Source: an uncultured Candidatus Saccharibacteria bacterium (lineage in GTDB: Bacteria > Patescibacteriota > Minisyncoccia > Minisyncoccales > Staskawiczbacteraceae). From it: a stretch of DNA of 64,000 bases. Each line of letters starts with the position of its first letter. Position 1 is the stretch's first letter. The stretch spans positions 2,115 through 66,114 of the forward strand of contig CAYRHW010000002.1 in the NCBI GenBank assembly GCA_964424305.1. Reading direction: 5' to 3'. The notes under the pieces are model-generated. The model saw nothing but the letters and a program-made list of their open reading frames with translations, was not told where the DNA came from and searched no databases. Of this stretch, positions 51,994 to 62,391 are shown one piece after another. The translations under genes and the position numbers were made by a program.

Positions 51994-52141
51994 TTATTTT
52001 TCTATCGTTTAATTGGGCTAACTTTTTGCCAAACCGAAAAAAATCGCAAGTGAGTTTTACTTTTTTCTCAACCGTCATTTTCCTGAAAATATCGTCCTGA
52101 ATTTTTTCTGCTCTTCCCGGTGTTAAAGTATTTTTATGCAT
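51947..52141 (-). CDS. Small basic protein overlapping the NTase gene (putative antitoxin); ATG 52141 preferred to TTG 52177
   Basis: AEKIQDDIFRKMTVEKKVKL; 47-nt overlap with the downstream NTase. Confidence 0.6.
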   Translation of the reverse strand: MHKNTLTPGRAEKIQDDIFRKMTVEKKVKLTCDFFRFGKKLAQLNDRKINGDRRPSYQNSQNFR

Positions 52142-52180
52142 CTGAGTATTCGTGATTAGTTTTAAAAATTTGCCCAAGCA

Positions 52181-54400
52181 CTACACTTTCTCCCAATCAT
52201 CGGATTCGTCTGCTCCCTCCATGTCGGCTCCTGTCCCGGGGACGCCATCATCCACATGTATGCCAGTATCTCCAAAAACTTCCCTTGGTTTTGCCCCGTC
52301 AGCCGGACCAACAACGCCCCTCTCTTCTAGCATATCGATGAGTCTAGCTGCTCTAGCATATCCAATCTTTAGTCTTCTTTGTAGAAACGAAGCAGAGGCC
52401 TTTTTAGTCTCTAAAATTATTCTTTTACATTCTTCAAATAATGGATCATTCTGATCAAAAAAGACTTCTCCCCCTCCTCCTTTCTCGTGCTCTTCTTGAG
52501 CTTCTAACTGTTCCTGCAAACTCCGGGAGAGCATTCCTGCTTCTGAGTTATCTATCTTACCATTTTGTTTCCCAATAAATTCTGCTACCTTTCTAACATC
52601 TTCTTCGGGAACATACGGCCCCTGAATTCTTCTCGGCCTTATACTCTTGGCGGAAATGAATAACATGTCTCCGGCTCCCAATAGTTTTTCGGCCCCAGCG
52701 GCGTCTAGGACAGTTCTGGAGTCAACCTGAGAGGCAACCTGGAAGGTTATTCTTGAAGTAACATTAGCCTTAATAAGACCGGTGATAACCTCTACAGAGG
52801 GCCTTTGTGTGGCTAAAACAAGGTGTATGCCAGTGGCTCTTGCCATCTGGGCCAATCTTACAACCCCAGCTTCTATTTCTCTGCCCTTGGCTGCCATTAA
52901 GTCTGCCAACTCATCAACAATCAACGTTATATACGGTAAAGTTTTCCCGGCAGCAATTACTGTTTTATTTTTATTATACGTATCCAAATTACGAGTTGGT
53001 ATTTCAGAAAAAACCTCGAATCTTCTTTCCATTTCTTTAACTAACCAATTTAAAGCATTAATGGTTTTATTGGCGTCATAGATAACTGGGCATAAAAGAT
53101 GGGGTAGGTGATTATAGTGTTGGAATTCTACTCTCTTCGGATCAACCATGATAAGTTTCATGGTTTGTGGAGAATTCCTGTATAACAAACTTAGAATCAA
53201 ACTGTTTAAAAATATTGTTTTACCCGTACCGGTAGAACCAGCTACCAAAAGATGGGGCATTTCTGCGATGTCGGCATACATTGGCGCGCCAGAAACACTA
53301 CGGCCCAAAGCAAATAGAAGGGGAGCTGATGAATTCTTAAACGCTGGATCAGCAACCAAATTCCTAAGAGAAACGATACTTCTAGTCTTGTTAGGAATTT
53401 CAATACCAACAAGGGACTTCCCGGGGATGGGGGCTTCGATCCTAATGGGATGGGCTGCCAATGCCAATGATAAATTATTGGTTAAAGTAGTAATTTTGGA
53501 TAGCTTAACCCCTTCAGCGGGCTTAAAAGCATACTGGGTGACAGTGGGCCCAACATTGGCCTCCACCATCTCAACTGGAATGCCAAAATTCTCTAAGGTT
53601 TTTTGAATAATTGTTGAATTCTGCTTTATATTCCCACTTGTTGGACTCCCTTCATTCTTAGAAAGAAGATCAAGAGGGGGAAGAATATATTGAGGATCTT
53701 TTGGCCTCTCTGATTTTTTAGAATCATCCTTACCTTCTTCTGGTTTACTATTTTTAAATAATGATATCTTGGGCTGCGCGTCTTTATCTAATTTATTTTC
53801 ATCCCCACTTTCTTTTATGCTTAACGATATCGGTTTCTCGGGGTGAACAATTCTAGAGAATATTGATTTCTTCTTCTCTTCCTCTAATAATTGAGGCCTG
53901 AATTGCCACAAAGATTGAGAGAAGATTAAAAGGCCGATTATGATCATTGCTCCAAAAACTAAATTAGCTACCAACAATCCGAACGAGTTAACTGTTAATT
54001 GGCCCATTAGATATCCTAGCCAACCCCCTTGCTTCACAGCTAAATCCTGAGCGCCAAGAATCCCGGCCATTCCAAAGATAATAATAAAGATACCTAAAAA
54101 AATGGGCAAAAATCTACTCTTTTGTTTTGGTTTTAAAAAGATCAATCCGGCCAAAAGGAAAAGGAAAGGTATAGAGAAAACGGTCTGACCGATTAGAAAT
54201 CTGGATCCCCTTAATAGTAGATCTCCCCCATTACCCGCCTTATCCCAAAAACTCAAACCAACAATTACGGCCAATAAAAACATTATGGTGGCCTTTATCC
54301 ATCTTTTTGTACGAGAATTTAACAAAGGAGCCTTCGGCTTCTCATCCTTCTTCGAAGGTTTTTGATTCTCCTTATTCTTTTGATTTTTATCTTTTGACAT
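52181..54400 (-). CDS. ftsK: DNA translocase FtsK/SpoIIIE
   Basis: N-terminal TMs, IRIEAPIPGK, PHLLVAGSTGTGKT, DELADLM, LATQRPS, gamma domain QRRLKIGYARAARLID. Confidence 0.97.
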   Translation of the reverse strand: MSKDKNQKNKENQKPSKKDEKPKAPLLNSRTKRWIKATIMFLLAVIVGLSFWDKAGNGGDLLLRGSRFLIGQTVFSIPFLFLLAGLIFLKPKQKSRFLPIFLGIFIIIFGMAGILGAQDLAVKQGGWLGYLMGQLTVNSFGLLVANLVFGAMIIIGLLIFSQSLWQFRPQLLEEEKKKSIFSRIVHPEKPISLSIKESGDENKLDKDAQPKISLFKNSKPEEGKDDSKKSERPKDPQYILPPLDLLSKNEGSPTSGNIKQNSTIIQKTLENFGIPVEMVEANVGPTVTQYAFKPAEGVKLSKITTLTNNLSLALAAHPIRIEAPIPGKSLVGIEIPNKTRSIVSLRNLVADPAFKNSSAPLLFALGRSVSGAPMYADIAEMPHLLVAGSTGTGKTIFLNSLILSLLYRNSPQTMKLIMVDPKRVEFQHYNHLPHLLCPVIYDANKTINALNWLVKEMERRFEVFSEIPTRNLDTYNKNKTVIAAGKTLPYITLIVDELADLMAAKGREIEAGVVRLAQMARATGIHLVLATQRPSVEVITGLIKANVTSRITFQVASQVDSRTVLDAAGAEKLLGAGDMLFISAKSIRPRRIQGPYVPEEDVRKVAEFIGKQNGKIDNSEAGMLSRSLQEQLEAQEEHEKGGGGEVFFDQNDPLFEECKRIILETKKASASFLQRRLKIGYARAARLIDMLEERGVVGPADGAKPREVFGDTGIHVDDGVPGTGADMEGADESDDWEKV

Positions 54401-54488
54401 TTATGAAAAAACTATAAATATAGAGCAGATATCTTTAGATTATTATATCATCTTATAAATACCAGGTCTACAAGGGAAATAAAGGATT

Positions 54489-55190
54489 TTAACCGTCCTT
54501 CATCCCAATAACGGCAACCATTGTTTGGGGAGTCTGCGGTTTATCTCTCCTAAAAGAAAAGTATTTATCTACCAGACAAAAGGTGCAATCGGGGCTTGTT
54601 TCCATATTCCCCTCATCCAGCCCCAATGTTAACAACCTTTCTTTAACTATCCTCTTTAAATCAACAAACTTTTCTGAAGAGTCGAGCTTTTCAGCCACAT
54701 CCTTCCCGACTTCAAAATGGCACTTAGCTATGCCGGGCCCTATCCCAACCAATATATTTTGGGGCAATGAACCAAACTCCTTAACCATATTGCTAATCCC
54801 CCCTTCTAGGATGTTACTTACTATGCCCCTCCACCCACAATGCAATAAACCAACAACTTTGTTCTCGGGATCAAATAAATACACTGGCAAACAATCTGCC
54901 ACAGTTAGGGTCAGGTACAAATCTTTTGCTTGAGTTAGTAGTCCATCAACATTCCCCAATACCCTGCCTGCGTCACCAATGGAAACTGTCTGGACATGGT
55001 TCTTATGTAAAGAGCCAACTGTTACCACTGCCTCGGGGGTGATCCCAATTTTCTTGAAAAACTTTTTCCTGTTTGAGACAATGATTTCATCATCAAATTT
55101 ACTAACCAAAAATCCCGGGGAACTCATTGGTCCGTCATTTTTCTCTGACAACCCAACTATTAAATTATACCCAGAAGATATTTTAAACAT
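54489..55190 (-). CDS. pgeF: PgeF/YfiH family protein
   Basis: DGLLT, TVADCLPV, HCGWRG, IGPGI..CHFEVG, CT..YFSFRR. Confidence 0.9.
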   Translation of the reverse strand: MFKISSGYNLIVGLSEKNDGPMSSPGFLVSKFDDEIIVSNRKKFFKKIGITPEAVVTVGSLHKNHVQTVSIGDAGRVLGNVDGLLTQAKDLYLTLTVADCLPVYLFDPENKVVGLLHCGWRGIVSNILEGGISNMVKEFGSLPQNILVGIGPGIAKCHFEVGKDVAEKLDSSEKFVDLKRIVKERLLTLGLDEGNMETSPDCTFCLVDKYFSFRRDKPQTPQTMVAVIGMKDG

Positions 55191-55202
55191 TGATTAAAAT
55201 TC

Positions 55203-55234
55203 TATCAAAAAACCACCCTTTAATAAAGGTGGCC
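55203..55234 (-). repeat. Copy 1 of a 32-bp terminator-like direct repeat
   Basis: Plus strand TATCAAAAAACCACCCTTTAATAAAGGTGGCC; one mismatch to 55521..55552. Confidence 0.85.
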
Positions 55235-55253
55235 GACGACCTACATCTAAAAA

Positions 55254-55478
55254 TCACCTTATAGCCAATAACTCTTTTAATTCCTTGACCGAATCTTCTA
55301 GTTTTTCTATTCTTTTTTTATGGTCGGCAAGAATTAGTTTCTCAATTTTATCTAATCGCTCATCAACTGAATTAAAGCGTTTATTCATTTCACCTTTTGT
55401 TGCCATTTCATTTGCTATACCATTAAACCCCCTTTGAACCATTATTGCTAAATCATCAATTGTAATATTTTTCTTCAT
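55254..55478 (-). CDS. Small coiled-coil hypothetical protein (74 aa)
   Basis: ITIDDLAIMVQRGF..heptad-rich; has its own promoter and terminator. Confidence 0.75.
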   Translation of the reverse strand: MKKNITIDDLAIMVQRGFNGIANEMATKGEMNKRFNSVDERLDKIEKLILADHKKRIEKLEDSVKELKELLAIR

Positions 55479-55486
55479 ACAATTAT

Positions 55487-55514
55487 ATTATATTCTCTAA
55501 AAAACTGCTGTCAA
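55487..55514 (-). promoter_or_regulatory. Consensus sigma70 promoter giving a near-leaderless transcript
   Basis: TTGACA-16 nt-TATAAT, 8 nt before ATG. Confidence 0.72.
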
Positions 55515-55520
55515 ATATAT

Positions 55521-55552
55521 TATCAAAAAACCACCCTTTGATAAAGGTGGCC
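55521..55552 (-). terminator. rpoC terminator (copy 2 of the 32-bp repeat)
   Basis: Minus strand GGCCACCTTTATCAAAGGGTGG-TTTTTT just after the rpoC stop. Confidence 0.8.
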
Positions 55553-55560
55553 TTTTGTTT

Positions 55561-58500
55561 CTATTTCCTGAACCCTGTCCCCACTGGAATAAGCTTACCA
55601 ATAATGACATTTTCCTTTAACCCACGAAGCTTATCTTCTTTGCCTTCTAGGGATGCCTTAATGAGCACTCTGGATGTTTGTTGGAAAGAAGCAGCTGATA
55701 AAAAGCTTTCTGAGGCCAAAGCGACTTCGGAAATTCCAAGCAACATCTGTACAGCAACCGGAAGTTTCTTGTCGTGCTTTTTTAAGTAATCACAAGCTTC
55801 TTGGTATGTTGGGCCCTCAATAACTTCTCCTCTTACCCAATCACCATCTCCCTCTTCTCTAATCTTCATACGGGAGAACATCTTTTGAACGATTATCTCA
55901 ATATGTTTATCATGGATATCTACTCCCTGTGAGGAATAAACCTTCTGGACTTCTTTAATGAGATAGCGTTGGGTTTCGCTTGCTCCAGCTGATTTATACA
56001 TCTTCTTAATATCCAAACTTCCACCGCAAAGTGGCTGTCCTTCTTTTATAACATCTCCCTGTTTAACTAAAATTGCAATCCTATTAGGAATCTTATACTC
56101 CATCACATCCTTCGATCCCTTGCCAGTAGGTTCAATCTTAATAATCCTCAATTCCTCATCAACTTTTACAACTTTCCCCTCTGTTAAAGATATGATCGCT
56201 TCTCCCTTGGGCGCCCTGGCTTCAAATATTTCTTCCACACGAGGCAACCCCTGTGTAATATCTCCACCAGCCGCAACTCCGCCCAAGTGACGAGTTCTTA
56301 GAGTTAACTGAGTACCCGGCTCACCAATTGCCTGAGCAGCGATTACTCCAACTGCTTCTCCCAATTCAATTAATTTATTTCTACCGAAATCCCAACCATA
56401 GCATTTCTGACAAATTCCTCTTAGAGTTTTACAACTCAACGGAGTGAACACTTGGACTTCCGCTATCTTTTCTTTTTCAATAATCTCGGCCTTCTTCCAA
56501 TCAATGATGTCGCCCTTCTTAACTATTACAGTGTTGCCATGTTTTACATCTTCGACTGTGACACGCCCAACAATCTTAAATCTGAAGCTTTGCTCAATAT
56601 CATCCGCATCTTTCCTTAGGATTGCAATGCCATGCTTCTCTCCACAATCTTCTTCGCTAATAATCATATCGTGGGCAACATCAACCAATCTACGAGTTAA
56701 ATAACCGGCTGAGGATGTTCTTAAGGCAGTATCAGCAGTACCCTTCCTGGCACCATGAGTAGAGATAAAGTATTCAAGAACATTGAATCCCTCGGCAAAA
56801 GAAGATTTTATAGGCAATTCAATAATGTCACCAGTCGGGTTATTCACCAAACCCTTCATACCAGCCATTTGAACTGGTTGGGCCCATGTACCTCTAGCAC
56901 CAGCTGAGATAATGGACATAACTGACCCATCTTGTGGCAAAACTTCTTTTAGTAAAACCTCCAACCTTGTCTTAACGGTTTGCCAGATGAGAATAATTTG
57001 AGCTGTCTTTTCTTCCTTAGATAATAGTCCTTTCTTGAAGTAGCTGTTTATCTTCTCAACCTCTGTTTCGGCTTCGTCAATGAGCTTTGCTTTCTGTGGT
57101 GGAACAATTAGGTCATCCATGCCCCAAGAATATGAAGCCAATGTTGAATACTCAAAACCAATATTTTTTATCTTATCCAAAACAGCCACCGCCTCATCGT
57201 TAGAATAATCTAAGATGAAATCACGGAGCAAAACTTTAATCCCCTTGGCATCAATTAGTCTATTTACAAAAGCGTAGCTATCTGGAAGGTTATTATTTAA
57301 AATTATTCTTCCAACACTTGTTTCTATAATCTCCTTGTCTTTTGATTTGGGGTTAACAATTTTTATCTTTTCTTGTAATTTTACACAACCAAAATCATAG
57401 GCCGTGATAGCCTCTGAAACACTGGAAAACATTTTCGGGGCTGGCTGGTTTTTCTTCTGCTCATCTGTCATTTTATCCTCAGCCATTCTTGTAAGGTAAT
57501 AACAACCCAAAGCAATATCTCTGAAAGGCCCCATTACGGGCAACCCAGTTGCTGGCCTTAAAAGGTTAGATTGAGATAACATAATTTCCTTGGCCTCTTT
57601 TTGGGCTTCATCGGATAATGGCAGGTAAACTGCCATCTGGTCACCATCAAAGTCGGCGTTAAAGGCCTCGCAGACCAAAGGATTAATTCTTATGGTCTCT
57701 CCTTCAACCAAAACTGGGTAGAATGCTTGAATACCTAGTCTGTGCAAGGTTGGGGCTCTGTTAAGTAGAACCAATTTGTTTTGGACTACTTCTTCTAGAA
57801 TTCCCCAAACTTCAGGAATTTTATCTTCAATTAGTCTTGTTGCTCCACGGATATTAAAGGCCAACTCTCTATCTAATATTTTTTTAATAACAAAAGGTTT
57901 AAATATCTCAAGAGCCATATTTTTTGGCAATCCGCATTGGGAAAACTTCAAGTCTGGTCCTACCGCGATTACTGATCTTCCAGAATAATCTACACGTTTA
58001 CCTAAAAGATTCTGACGGAATCTTCCCTGCTTGCCGGCTAACATGGCTGCTAACGACTTCAGCAAACGTTTTCCACCAGTTGTGGCAGTAGTTGTTACGC
58101 CCTTCCTCATTTCATTATCAATTAAAGCATCTACTGCTTCCTGCAACATTCTCTTTTCGTTTCTAACAATTACCGCTGGAGCGGAAATCTCTAAAAGATA
58201 TTTTAAACGATTATTTCTATTGATTACTCTTCGATATAAATCATTAAGATCCGAAGAGGCATATCTACCTCCATCCAACTGAACCATTGGTCTTAGGTCT
58301 GGTGGTAGAACTGGCAAAATATTCATAAACATCCATTCTGGTTTTACTCCGGACTTCACCATACCTTGGAAAAGTTTCAATCTCCTAAGAACCCTTTTCC
58401 TGTTAATCGGTAAGGTTGTCTTACTTTCTTTGGCCAATTCTTCTGCAGTTTTCTTTAAATCAACCTGTTCAAAAATTGCCCGAATTGTTTCTGCCCCTGT

Positions 58501-59127
58501 ACCAGCCTCAAAGGTTTCTCCGTACTTCATAGATAAGCTATGGTAGACAACCTCAGATAAAATCCTTAGGGGTTTTATCTCTGAAACCTCTTCTATGGCT
58601 TTATCCCTTGCTGTTCGTAGTTCCTGTTTAGCGGCATTGGTCTTTTCTTTCTTTGTCTTCCTTTGGAACTCTTGTTCGATTTCCTCTAGGACTCTTTTCT
58701 TGGCATCTTCATTTGTTTTAATGATAATGTAGGAAGAAAAGTAAATGACCTTCTCTAACTGTTGAGAAGACTTATCTAAAACCAATCCCATTCTTGATGG
58801 AACTCCACGTAAAAACCAGATGTGAGAAACTGGGGCAGCTAATTTTATATGTCCCATTCTTTCTCTTCTTACCTGGGCCTTCGTAACTTCAACTCCGCAA
58901 CGATCACAAACCACCCCCTTGTATCTGATCCTCTTATATTTCCCGCATGCGCATTCATAGTCTTTTTCAGGACCAAAAATCCTCTCGCAGAATAAACCAT
59001 CCTTCTCTGGTTTCTGAGTTCTGTAGTTAATCGTTTCTGGCCTTATTACTTCGCCATGGCTCCACGACAAAATTTCTTCGGGAGAGGCGAGTTTTATTCT
59101 GATGCCTTCAAGATCTAATACACGCAT
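55561..59127 (-). CDS. rpoC: RNA polymerase beta' subunit
   Basis: PETINYRT, GKRVDYSGRSVI, NADFDGD, GEPGTQLT, LKENVIIG. Confidence 0.99.
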   Translation of the reverse strand: MRVLDLEGIRIKLASPEEILSWSHGEVIRPETINYRTQKPEKDGLFCERIFGPEKDYECACGKYKRIRYKGVVCDRCGVEVTKAQVRRERMGHIKLAAPVSHIWFLRGVPSRMGLVLDKSSQQLEKVIYFSSYIIIKTNEDAKKRVLEEIEQEFQRKTKKEKTNAAKQELRTARDKAIEEVSEIKPLRILSEVVYHSLSMKYGETFEAGTGAETIRAIFEQVDLKKTAEELAKESKTTLPINRKRVLRRLKLFQGMVKSGVKPEWMFMNILPVLPPDLRPMVQLDGGRYASSDLNDLYRRVINRNNRLKYLLEISAPAVIVRNEKRMLQEAVDALIDNEMRKGVTTTATTGGKRLLKSLAAMLAGKQGRFRQNLLGKRVDYSGRSVIAVGPDLKFSQCGLPKNMALEIFKPFVIKKILDRELAFNIRGATRLIEDKIPEVWGILEEVVQNKLVLLNRAPTLHRLGIQAFYPVLVEGETIRINPLVCEAFNADFDGDQMAVYLPLSDEAQKEAKEIMLSQSNLLRPATGLPVMGPFRDIALGCYYLTRMAEDKMTDEQKKNQPAPKMFSSVSEAITAYDFGCVKLQEKIKIVNPKSKDKEIIETSVGRIILNNNLPDSYAFVNRLIDAKGIKVLLRDFILDYSNDEAVAVLDKIKNIGFEYSTLASYSWGMDDLIVPPQKAKLIDEAETEVEKINSYFKKGLLSKEEKTAQIILIWQTVKTRLEVLLKEVLPQDGSVMSIISAGARGTWAQPVQMAGMKGLVNNPTGDIIELPIKSSFAEGFNVLEYFISTHGARKGTADTALRTSSAGYLTRRLVDVAHDMIISEEDCGEKHGIAILRKDADDIEQSFRFKIVGRVTVEDVKHGNTVIVKKGDIIDWKKAEIIEKEKIAEVQVFTPLSCKTLRGICQKCYGWDFGRNKLIELGEAVGVIAAQAIGEPGTQLTLRTRHLGGVAAGGDITQGLPRVEEIFEARAPKGEAIISLTEGKVVKVDEELRIIKIEPTGKGSKDVMEYKIPNRIAILVKQGDVIKEGQPLCGGSLDIKKMYKSAGASETQRYLIKEVQKVYSSQGVDIHDKHIEIIVQKMFSRMKIREEGDGDWVRGEVIEGPTYQEACDYLKKHDKKLPVAVQMLLGISEVALASESFLSAASFQQTSRVLIKASLEGKEDKLRGLKENVIIGKLIPVGTGFRK

Positions 59128-59169
59128 TGGTTAATTTTTGAATATTATTTTTATAAACTAAATCAATTG

Positions 59170-62100
59170 TTATCTTTCTTCCCTTCTAAGCTTCTCCTTA
59201 ATCTCCACCGCCAATCCCATTGATTTTAATTCAGCGACCAAAAGGTTAAACGAAGCTGGAATATTCGGGTTTTTGATAGGTTCTCCCTTTAAAATTGCTT
59301 CGTAGGTTGCGGCTCTGCCGATCACATCATCGGATTTAATGGTCAACATTTCCTGCAATGTGTGAGCTGCCCCATAGCCTTCCAATGCCCATACTTCCAT
59401 CTCCCCAAACCTCTGGCCACCAAATTGAGCCTTGCCCCCTAACGGTTGCTGAGTAATTAATGAATAGGGCCCGATTGAACGAGCATGGAGTTTATCATCA
59501 ACCATGTGGATTAACTTCATCACATACATATAGCCAACGGTAATTGGTCTTTCAAAGGGAAGACCAGTCCTACCATCATACAAGATTGTTTGACCAGATT
59601 CTGGTAGACCAGCTTTCCTCAACTCTCCTTTAATGCTTTCTTTGTCAGCACCGTGTAGGGCCGGCGAAATTACGTTATAGTTTAATTTCTTCGCAGCCCA
59701 ACCCAAGTGAGTTTCTAAAATCTGCCCCAAATTCATTCTTGATGGAACCGACAATGGACTTAAAACAATATCAACAGGAGTGCCATCTTCTAAGAATGGC
59801 ATTTCTTCGGGAGGCAAAACTCTTGAAACAACTCCTTTATTTCCATGACGGCCAACTAATTTATCTCCCACTTTTATCTTTCTTAATTCGGCAATCTCAA
59901 CCTGAATTCTTTTAATAACTCCTGGTTCTAGTTTGTGCCCCAAGTCTCTGGAAAATATCTTTACATTAATAACCCTGCCTTTCTTGCCGTGCTCCATTCT
60001 CAAAGAAGCATCTTTCACATCCTTAGCTTTTTCTCCAAAAATCGCTCTTAGCAATCTCTCTTCGGGGGTTAGTTCTACCTCACCCTTTGGCGAAATCTTT
60101 CCAACTAAAATATCGTTAGGACCAACTTCGGCCCCAACCCTTACGATTCCCTCTTCATCTAAATCTTTTAATTTTTCTTCTCCAACGTTAGGGATATCAC
60201 AGGTAGTTACTTCGGGTCCTAGTTTTGTTTCTCGAACATCACAGGTAAACTCTTCTACGTGGATAGAAGTGAAAAAGTCCTCTTTCGTTAATTTATTAGA
60301 AATGGTGATCGAATCTTCAAACCCTCCTCCCCTTAAACACATAAAGGCTACTAGGATATTTCTACCCAAAGCCAACCTTCCTTTTGATATTGAGGCTCCG
60401 TCACTCAAAATGTCTCCTTTTTTAAATTCTTCTCCTTTCTCTACTGCTGGTTTTTGGTGGAAACAAGTATATTGGTTTGTTCTAACAAAAGTTTGCAATT
60501 CATAGTCCTCAATTTTCTTTTCTCCCCCTATTTCAATTTCTACCTTAATATGGCCGGCGTCTACTTCTTTTACCTTTCCTGGACCCTTGGCAACTATTAC
60601 CTGGCCAGAATCTCTAGCCACGTTCCTCTCAACCCCAGTGCCCACCAATGGTGGTTCTGGGAATATTAACGGCACTGCTTGCCGTTGCATGTTCGAACCC
60701 ATAAGAGCCCTGGAAGCATCATCATTCTGTAAGAATGGGATTAAAGAAGTGGCGATACTAATAAATTGTTTTGAAGAAACATCGATAAAGTCTATTTTTG
60801 AAATTTCCACTTCGGCTGGCTCTCCTTTCACCCTGGCTTCAACCTTGTTTGGTAGAATTTCCGGTAGAATCTTATTGTCATCATCTAGGGGGACCGAAGC
60901 TGGAGCAATGGCATATCTCTCTTCATCCTGAGCTGTTAAATAGTGTATTTCGTCAGTTACCTTACCATTTTTAACCTTAAAGTAGGGAGTTTCGATAAAC
61001 CCGTATGGATTCACTCGGGCGAAAGATGCCAAGTGCCCAACCAAGCCAACATTAGGACCTTCGGGTGTTTGTATGGGACAAATTCTTCCATAATGAGAAG
61101 GCTGAACGTCACGAACCTCAAAACCGGCTCTTTCTCTTGTTAGGCCACCTGGTCCAGTGGTTGTAAGTCTTCTTTTGTGCTCTAGCTCGGCTAATGGATT
61201 TTCGTTATCCATAAACTGAGAGAACTGAGAAGAAGTGTAAAATTCCTTAATAACCGCCATAAATGGCCTAGGATTAATAAGCTGGACGGGTGTTATGGTC
61301 GAAGGATCTAAGGTAGACATCTTATCTTTAATAATCCTCTCCATTCTCATTAAACCTACCCTTAACCTATTCTGCAAAAGCTCAGCCATTGTTCTTACTC
61401 TTCTATTTCCCAAATGGTCGACTTGGTCCGGGTGGGCAGTGGGGTCGTTGTTCATCCTGATGATTTCTTTGATCACTTCCACAATATCTTCAATCTTTAG
61501 GGCTCTTTCTTCTTTCTTAATTTCTTTGTCCTTATCGGCTGGGGCAAGATTTGGCAACCTCTGCCAAGTTTTCCAACGGCCAACTTTTGACAGATCGTAT
61601 CTGTCAAAATTAAAGAACATGTTGAATATTAAATCCTGGGCAGTATCTGGAGCAACCAAATCTCCGGGTCTTAACCTTCTATAAATTTCCACAAGAGCCT
61701 CTTTCTGGTCCTGGCAGGTTTCCCTCTTGAAAGTTTCTTGAATATATTTAATTTCGCCGGTGTCTACCTTTTCAAATGCCTTATTAACCTTATCTATATT
61801 CTCTAACCCTAACGCCATCAACAATGTTGTTGCTGGAACTTTTCTTTTGCGATTAATCTTTACTCCAATAAATCCTGATTCTTCGGTCTCAAACTCTAGC
61901 CAAGCTCCACGGTTTGGAATAATTTTAGCGCCAAAATAGTTTTTGCCACGAGAATTCCTGGCGGTGAAAAAAGCTCCGGGAGAACGGATCAATTGAGAAA
62001 CCACAACCCTCTCTACTCCATTTAATACAAAGGTGCCCCTCTCTGTCATTAGGGGAAAATCAGCAAGAAATACTTCTTGCTCTTTTATCTCTTTTGTTTT

Positions 62101-62391
62101 TAGATTAACTAATTTAACCTTAACTCTTAGGGGCGCCTCTAGGGAATCGTTATTCTTTCTGGCTTCCAAGCCGTCTTTATGGTTTGGTTTATCTAGCCTG
62201 TAATCCTTAAACCAAAGTTGGAATTCTTTCCCAGTGTAATCTGTTATGGGAGATATCTCTTCTAACAGTTCCTTTATTCTTACATCCAAAAAGTCGTCCC
62301 AAGCTTGTTGCTGGAGATTTAGTAGATTGGGGAGATGGAAGGAAATTCGTGACTTAGAAAAGTTTTTTATTTTGATATTATCCTCAATCAT
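59170..62391 (-). CDS. rpoB: RNA polymerase beta subunit
   Basis: SQLIRSPG, SQFMD, GRHGNKG, GGQRFGEMEVWALE. Confidence 0.99.
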   Translation of the reverse strand: MIEDNIKIKNFSKSRISFHLPNLLNLQQQAWDDFLDVRIKELLEEISPITDYTGKEFQLWFKDYRLDKPNHKDGLEARKNNDSLEAPLRVKVKLVNLKTKEIKEQEVFLADFPLMTERGTFVLNGVERVVVSQLIRSPGAFFTARNSRGKNYFGAKIIPNRGAWLEFETEESGFIGVKINRKRKVPATTLLMALGLENIDKVNKAFEKVDTGEIKYIQETFKRETCQDQKEALVEIYRRLRPGDLVAPDTAQDLIFNMFFNFDRYDLSKVGRWKTWQRLPNLAPADKDKEIKKEERALKIEDIVEVIKEIIRMNNDPTAHPDQVDHLGNRRVRTMAELLQNRLRVGLMRMERIIKDKMSTLDPSTITPVQLINPRPFMAVIKEFYTSSQFSQFMDNENPLAELEHKRRLTTTGPGGLTRERAGFEVRDVQPSHYGRICPIQTPEGPNVGLVGHLASFARVNPYGFIETPYFKVKNGKVTDEIHYLTAQDEERYAIAPASVPLDDDNKILPEILPNKVEARVKGEPAEVEISKIDFIDVSSKQFISIATSLIPFLQNDDASRALMGSNMQRQAVPLIFPEPPLVGTGVERNVARDSGQVIVAKGPGKVKEVDAGHIKVEIEIGGEKKIEDYELQTFVRTNQYTCFHQKPAVEKGEEFKKGDILSDGASISKGRLALGRNILVAFMCLRGGGFEDSITISNKLTKEDFFTSIHVEEFTCDVRETKLGPEVTTCDIPNVGEEKLKDLDEEGIVRVGAEVGPNDILVGKISPKGEVELTPEERLLRAIFGEKAKDVKDASLRMEHGKKGRVINVKIFSRDLGHKLEPGVIKRIQVEIAELRKIKVGDKLVGRHGNKGVVSRVLPPEEMPFLEDGTPVDIVLSPLSVPSRMNLGQILETHLGWAAKKLNYNVISPALHGADKESIKGELRKAGLPESGQTILYDGRTGLPFERPITVGYMYVMKLIHMVDDKLHARSIGPYSLITQQPLGGKAQFGGQRFGEMEVWALEGYGAAHTLQEMLTIKSDDVIGRAATYEAILKGEPIKNPNIPASFNLLVAELKSMGLAVEIKEKLRREER

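Noticed and set aside
50420-62391. Inteins or introns in recA, ftsK, rpoC and rpoB
   Set aside because: Lengths are normal or compact and no intein splice motifs are visible
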